Of a DNA stretch of 64,000 nucleotides, positions 60,277 through 64,000 are shown piece after piece; positions within the stretch are counted from its first letter, which is position 1; each line of letters starts with the position of its first letter. Where the stretch lies: contig NC_134029.1 of the NCBI RefSeq assembly GCF_964204645.1, positions 3,658,001 to 3,722,000 of the forward strand, in the 5' to 3' direction. Origin of the DNA: Tubulanus polymorphus. Its lineage: Eukaryota; Animalia; Nemertea. The notes below the pieces were generated by a model that was not told the origin of the DNA, did no database searches, and saw only the letters and a list, made by a program, of their open reading frames with translations. A program made the translations under genes and the position numbers.

Positions 60277-60450
60277 GCTCAATGCACACGACGCAGGGAA
60301 ACACAAAAACAGGAGATGGCAACATGTTTTCGTTCCCCTGTGTCGTGTGTGCGTTTATGAGAAACGAGACACATAGTTTCGGGAACAATGTTTCAAAGAT
60401 CAAACATTTTCCGAGTTTACCTGCTTCCCCGTGCCATAGGCTTTGAGAGC
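60277..60450. mobile_element. MITE-like element, copy B (inverted relative to 54113-54320)
   Basis: gaaacgagacacatagtttcgggaacaatgtttc..gatcaaa matches the reverse complement of 54166-54209. Confidence 0.65.
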
Positions 60451-62471
60451 AACAAAACGGGATGATCAGAAGTACGTCGTTCTTCATCACACAGACTTTG
60501 AATTTTTTTTTTCCTAAGTTTGAAATGATCTTCGGATGTCTATAAATCGAAATTAAGTAAATACCCTGAACAAATCAAAGCCAAAGTCAGTATGAACGAC
60601 GAGGTGTTTTTGATCATCATCGTTGAAGACTATCGGAGTTACTTCCGAAGTGTCAAAACAGAATATCAAAAGAAGATTCTAGGAAAAACGTGACGGACAA
60701 ATTCTTCGCCGAATTGGCGATGATAACACTAATTTGGTGACTTATTCGTGACCTTTGTCCATGATTGAGGCTCTCGCAGTAAGAAAGAAACCATACAATG
60801 GCGGGGATAAGAATCGTCGTGGGAATATATTGACGTCTGTTTTATTCACCACATAGTCACAATAAATTCGTACGCATCCATCATCGATTCTTCATCGAGA
60901 GTAAAAGAACTGTTTTGTGTTTATTCATTTTTTCTGCATCTGTCGGGGGTGAATTTTGGTGATTCATGTCGCCTTACATAACTTCGCATCGGTTCCCGCG
61001 GGACGAAACCTTATTGGGAAAATCTATTACGACCAAAACACAGAAACCATGGATAGGGTATTCGTTGTATATACCATGTCGTATTAACGTAGGGTTTGTA
61101 TGAAATTAATCAACTATTTATCAAGTTGAAAAAATCATTGCATTGGTTAGTTTTGCAAAATTATTCTCGTGAAATACCTCATATTTATACCACTGATGTT
61201 TCGGTTGAGCTCACAAAAAATGTTGCCAGTACAATTCCGTTGTGGCGATGCTTTAGTAATTCATCAGTATTCGATGTCAATACATGTGCTCGTGAAGCAC
61301 TTCTGGGAGGGGAATATTACCATCATTCGGCAAGGACATAACTTTCTATATAGCCCTACCCACGATAGCAATTGTCCCGGTACATGACTATTCCGATCGA
61401 ACTTACCGCGATGGCAAGAAATACGATATTCTGCATGAAAGGGCCGGAAGAGATGTGCGCTTTACGACCGCTGTTGAGTATGATGAGGTAGCGCTATTTC
61501 TTCGGGTATATAACGGTCCTGTCATAAAACAACCGGCGTTCACCGCGCCGATTCTTTTGTAAATTGTATGGAATTAGCCTGATCGAGACGCAGAATGCCT
61601 GTTTTATTATAAAAATCTGGCTGCGGGCGCATTGATAATAACGAGCACAAGTTACCGGTGAGGAAAATTACGCTAATGGGGGACTCGACAGTGGAACTGT
61701 GCATCGTTTCACCGCTGGATAAAACAATATGTCCTCGGATATTGTTCTCGGTAAAAACTAAATTACCGAGCGCTCTGATAGTTATTAATTGGTGTCGTAA
61801 CTTGTACTGACAGCTTGTCATCTCTTAACACCGACTTTGATGCGCTGCACATACGGGAAATAACATCCTTCGGGCAAAGATCGCTCGATTTTCCGCACAA
61901 GTCGTGTTGTCCGTTCGGTCTTCTTGTAAAAATGGTCGAGTAATCGAGACGTCATGTCATGATTTCTTGTCGTCAGTTTTGTCCCCTCTCACCACAACTT
62001 AATCACGTGTTCAATAAAGGTACTAATGCTCAGCAACTTGTCGTAGTTATATATCACTCATGACGGGGATCAAGTTCACAGGCGGCATCTTAGTCTTCGC
62101 GGTGCCATTTGGTGCGCGGTCATTTGACAAAAAACGGATGGATTCCGGGTAAATTGCGTCGTCGGAACTTGATATTCAGAGCATGGGACATTAATTAATG
62201 TCTACAAAGCCACAACTGCGGTGGTCATGTAAATCCATACCGCCTATTTTCTTTCGTGACTTTTGAATAAAAAACTTGTCAATCAGTTCTGAAACTTTAC
62301 CCGGTATTGTAAATTGCTTTCGATGAATTTTGATAGGTTTTAGAAAAAAACAGCAATTTCGCGATTTCAGCAATAACGCGACGCGTAATCGTAAACTGAT
62401 TGAGATTCTAATGACTTTTTTCGTACCCCCAACGTCGAGAATGGGTTAATTAAGTTCTTCTCTCATTTCAG

Positions 62472-63693
62472 GTCGAACTCGCTGATTCACAGGGACGAAC
62501 ATTTCGTCAAACAGATTCAGGAATCGCGATTTGTGACGGTATTCGCGAATCAGACTTCACACCAGGCAATCAACTCCACAATGGCGTCGATACTCGACAT
62601 AATCTCGCCGGACCCGATTAAACCGACTTCGTGGAACAGCAGCCAAACCGACGGTAACTATTCATCTCGGAATATGATGGCGTTTCAAGTAGGTGTCGAG
62701 AGGATTATCGTGCCGGTTATTTTCTCTCTAGTGATTGTTTTCGGTAGTATCGGGAATATGTTGGTCATTTTCGTCGTGATCAGGAATAAAAACCACCAGC
62801 GTAACACGACGAACATGTTCATTCTGAACCTATCAGTGGCTGACTTGACGTTTTTGGTATTTTGCGTTCCATTTCATACGGCCGTGTACGCGTTACCGCA
62901 ATGGCCTTTCGGTCAGTTCATGTGTAAATTTGTGCATCTGGTTCAATATTCGAGTATGATCACGAGTGTTTTTACACTAGTCGCCATGTCTACCGACCGT
63001 TACCTGGCCGTGGCGCATCCCCTATTAACGAAACACATTCGTACTCCGAGAAAAGCCTTCATAACTATCGTCATTATTTGGATCCTTGCGTTGGCAATGG
63101 CTACGCCTTGGCCGATATACTACTACGTGAAAGTCTACACTAACTTCGGCCCGCAACCGTTGTCAATTTGCGCCGATAATTGGGGATCTTTAAAACGGCG
63201 ACAAATATATTTTCTGTTTTTGTTTTTATTCGCGTACGCCATACCACTGGTAACTATCACCATTTTCACGACGTTGATGGTTAAACAACTGTGGTCTATC
63301 GAGCACCCGGAGCCAAACTACCGCGGCCATCTGAAAACGAAGCGTAGAGTTACTTTAATGGTTATTATTATGGTGATAGCATTCCTCGTTTGTTGGTTTC
63401 CTTATCATCTAACTTGGATGTGGCTGAGTTTCTTCCGAAATTCATGGGATCGGTCAAAGAAGTTCTACTCGCTGCAGGTGTTCTCGCACGTTTTGTCGTA
63501 CGCAAATAGCAGCATGAACCCGATCATTTATGCCTTTTTATCGGTGAATTTTCGCCGCGGATTCCGGCGGGCCTGTCGCCACGGCAGCGACCAGGTTCGC
63601 TCTAATAAGTACAGCGTCACAAATACAGACAACACGGCTCTCGTCAATCTGCAGCACAATAATCATCACGATAACCACCATCATCTCAGATGA
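62472..63693 (+). CDS. Rhodopsin-family neuropeptide GPCR, galanin/allatostatin-A receptor-like; main coding exon (alternative start ATG 62581)
   Basis: GN in TM1, NTTNMFILNLSVADLTFLVFCVPF, WPFGQFMCK, DRY, CWFPYH, HVLSYANSSMNPIIYAFLSVNFRRGF; polypyrimidine acceptor ending at 62471. Confidence 0.93.
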
Positions 63694-64000
63694 TAAATCG
63701 TGACGTCAAAAAGACGACATAACCCGTGTACATAGAATGAACAAGCCGTTATGAAGACTAACATCATATATATTCATGTATGATCCGGCTTTCCAACTAT
63801 TTTGCCATAAAGGCTTTATTGGCCGCGCTCAAAATTGCATCTTTATGAATTCGTATTGACGATAGTGAAATTATATGGAAAAATGTTGAAATAGGCACAT
63901 TGGGCCACGCCGCGCCTTAACACGGATATTCTTCTTTAGAAGACCGACAAAATACCATATAATTCCACAATATTTACACATTATAATGTCCTGTAATTGT

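Noticed and set aside
31000-62400. Conserved bilaterian microRNAs, CRISPR-like arrays or prokaryotic/viral inserts
   Set aside because: None recognised by eye; there is no regularly spaced repeat array or operon-like ORF density. A MirGeneDB/Rfam search is needed to exclude miRNAs formally.

Overview
AT-rich eukaryotic DNA with GT-AG introns, most consistent with a marine invertebrate (lophotrochozoan-like gene families; the taxon is inference). 1-31 kb is gene-dense: the 3' part of a divergent ionotropic glutamate receptor-family gene (+), a secreted 4-Ig-domain protein (+), an intronless divergent TRPV-like channel (+), two tandem sigma-class GSTs (-) separated by a pseudogenic SLCO fragment, two head-to-head 9-exon SLCO/OATP transporters, and two convergent uncharacterised genes. 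31-62 kb looks like a gene desert but is best explained as one ~29.3-kb first intron of a galanin/allatostatin-A-type GPCR: a 29-nt coding exon at 33181-33209 splices in frame to 62472. An intronless antisense GT31 glycosyltransferase lacking the DxD motif is nested in that intron. Non-coding DNA carries MITE-like inverted repeats, Penelope-like palindromes with decayed hammerhead motifs, tiny hairpins with 7-bp direct repeats, LINE tails and microsatellites. No rRNA, tRNA or CRISPR was seen. Gene models were built by hand from splice sites and frame continuity; no database search was run, and no new system is established.
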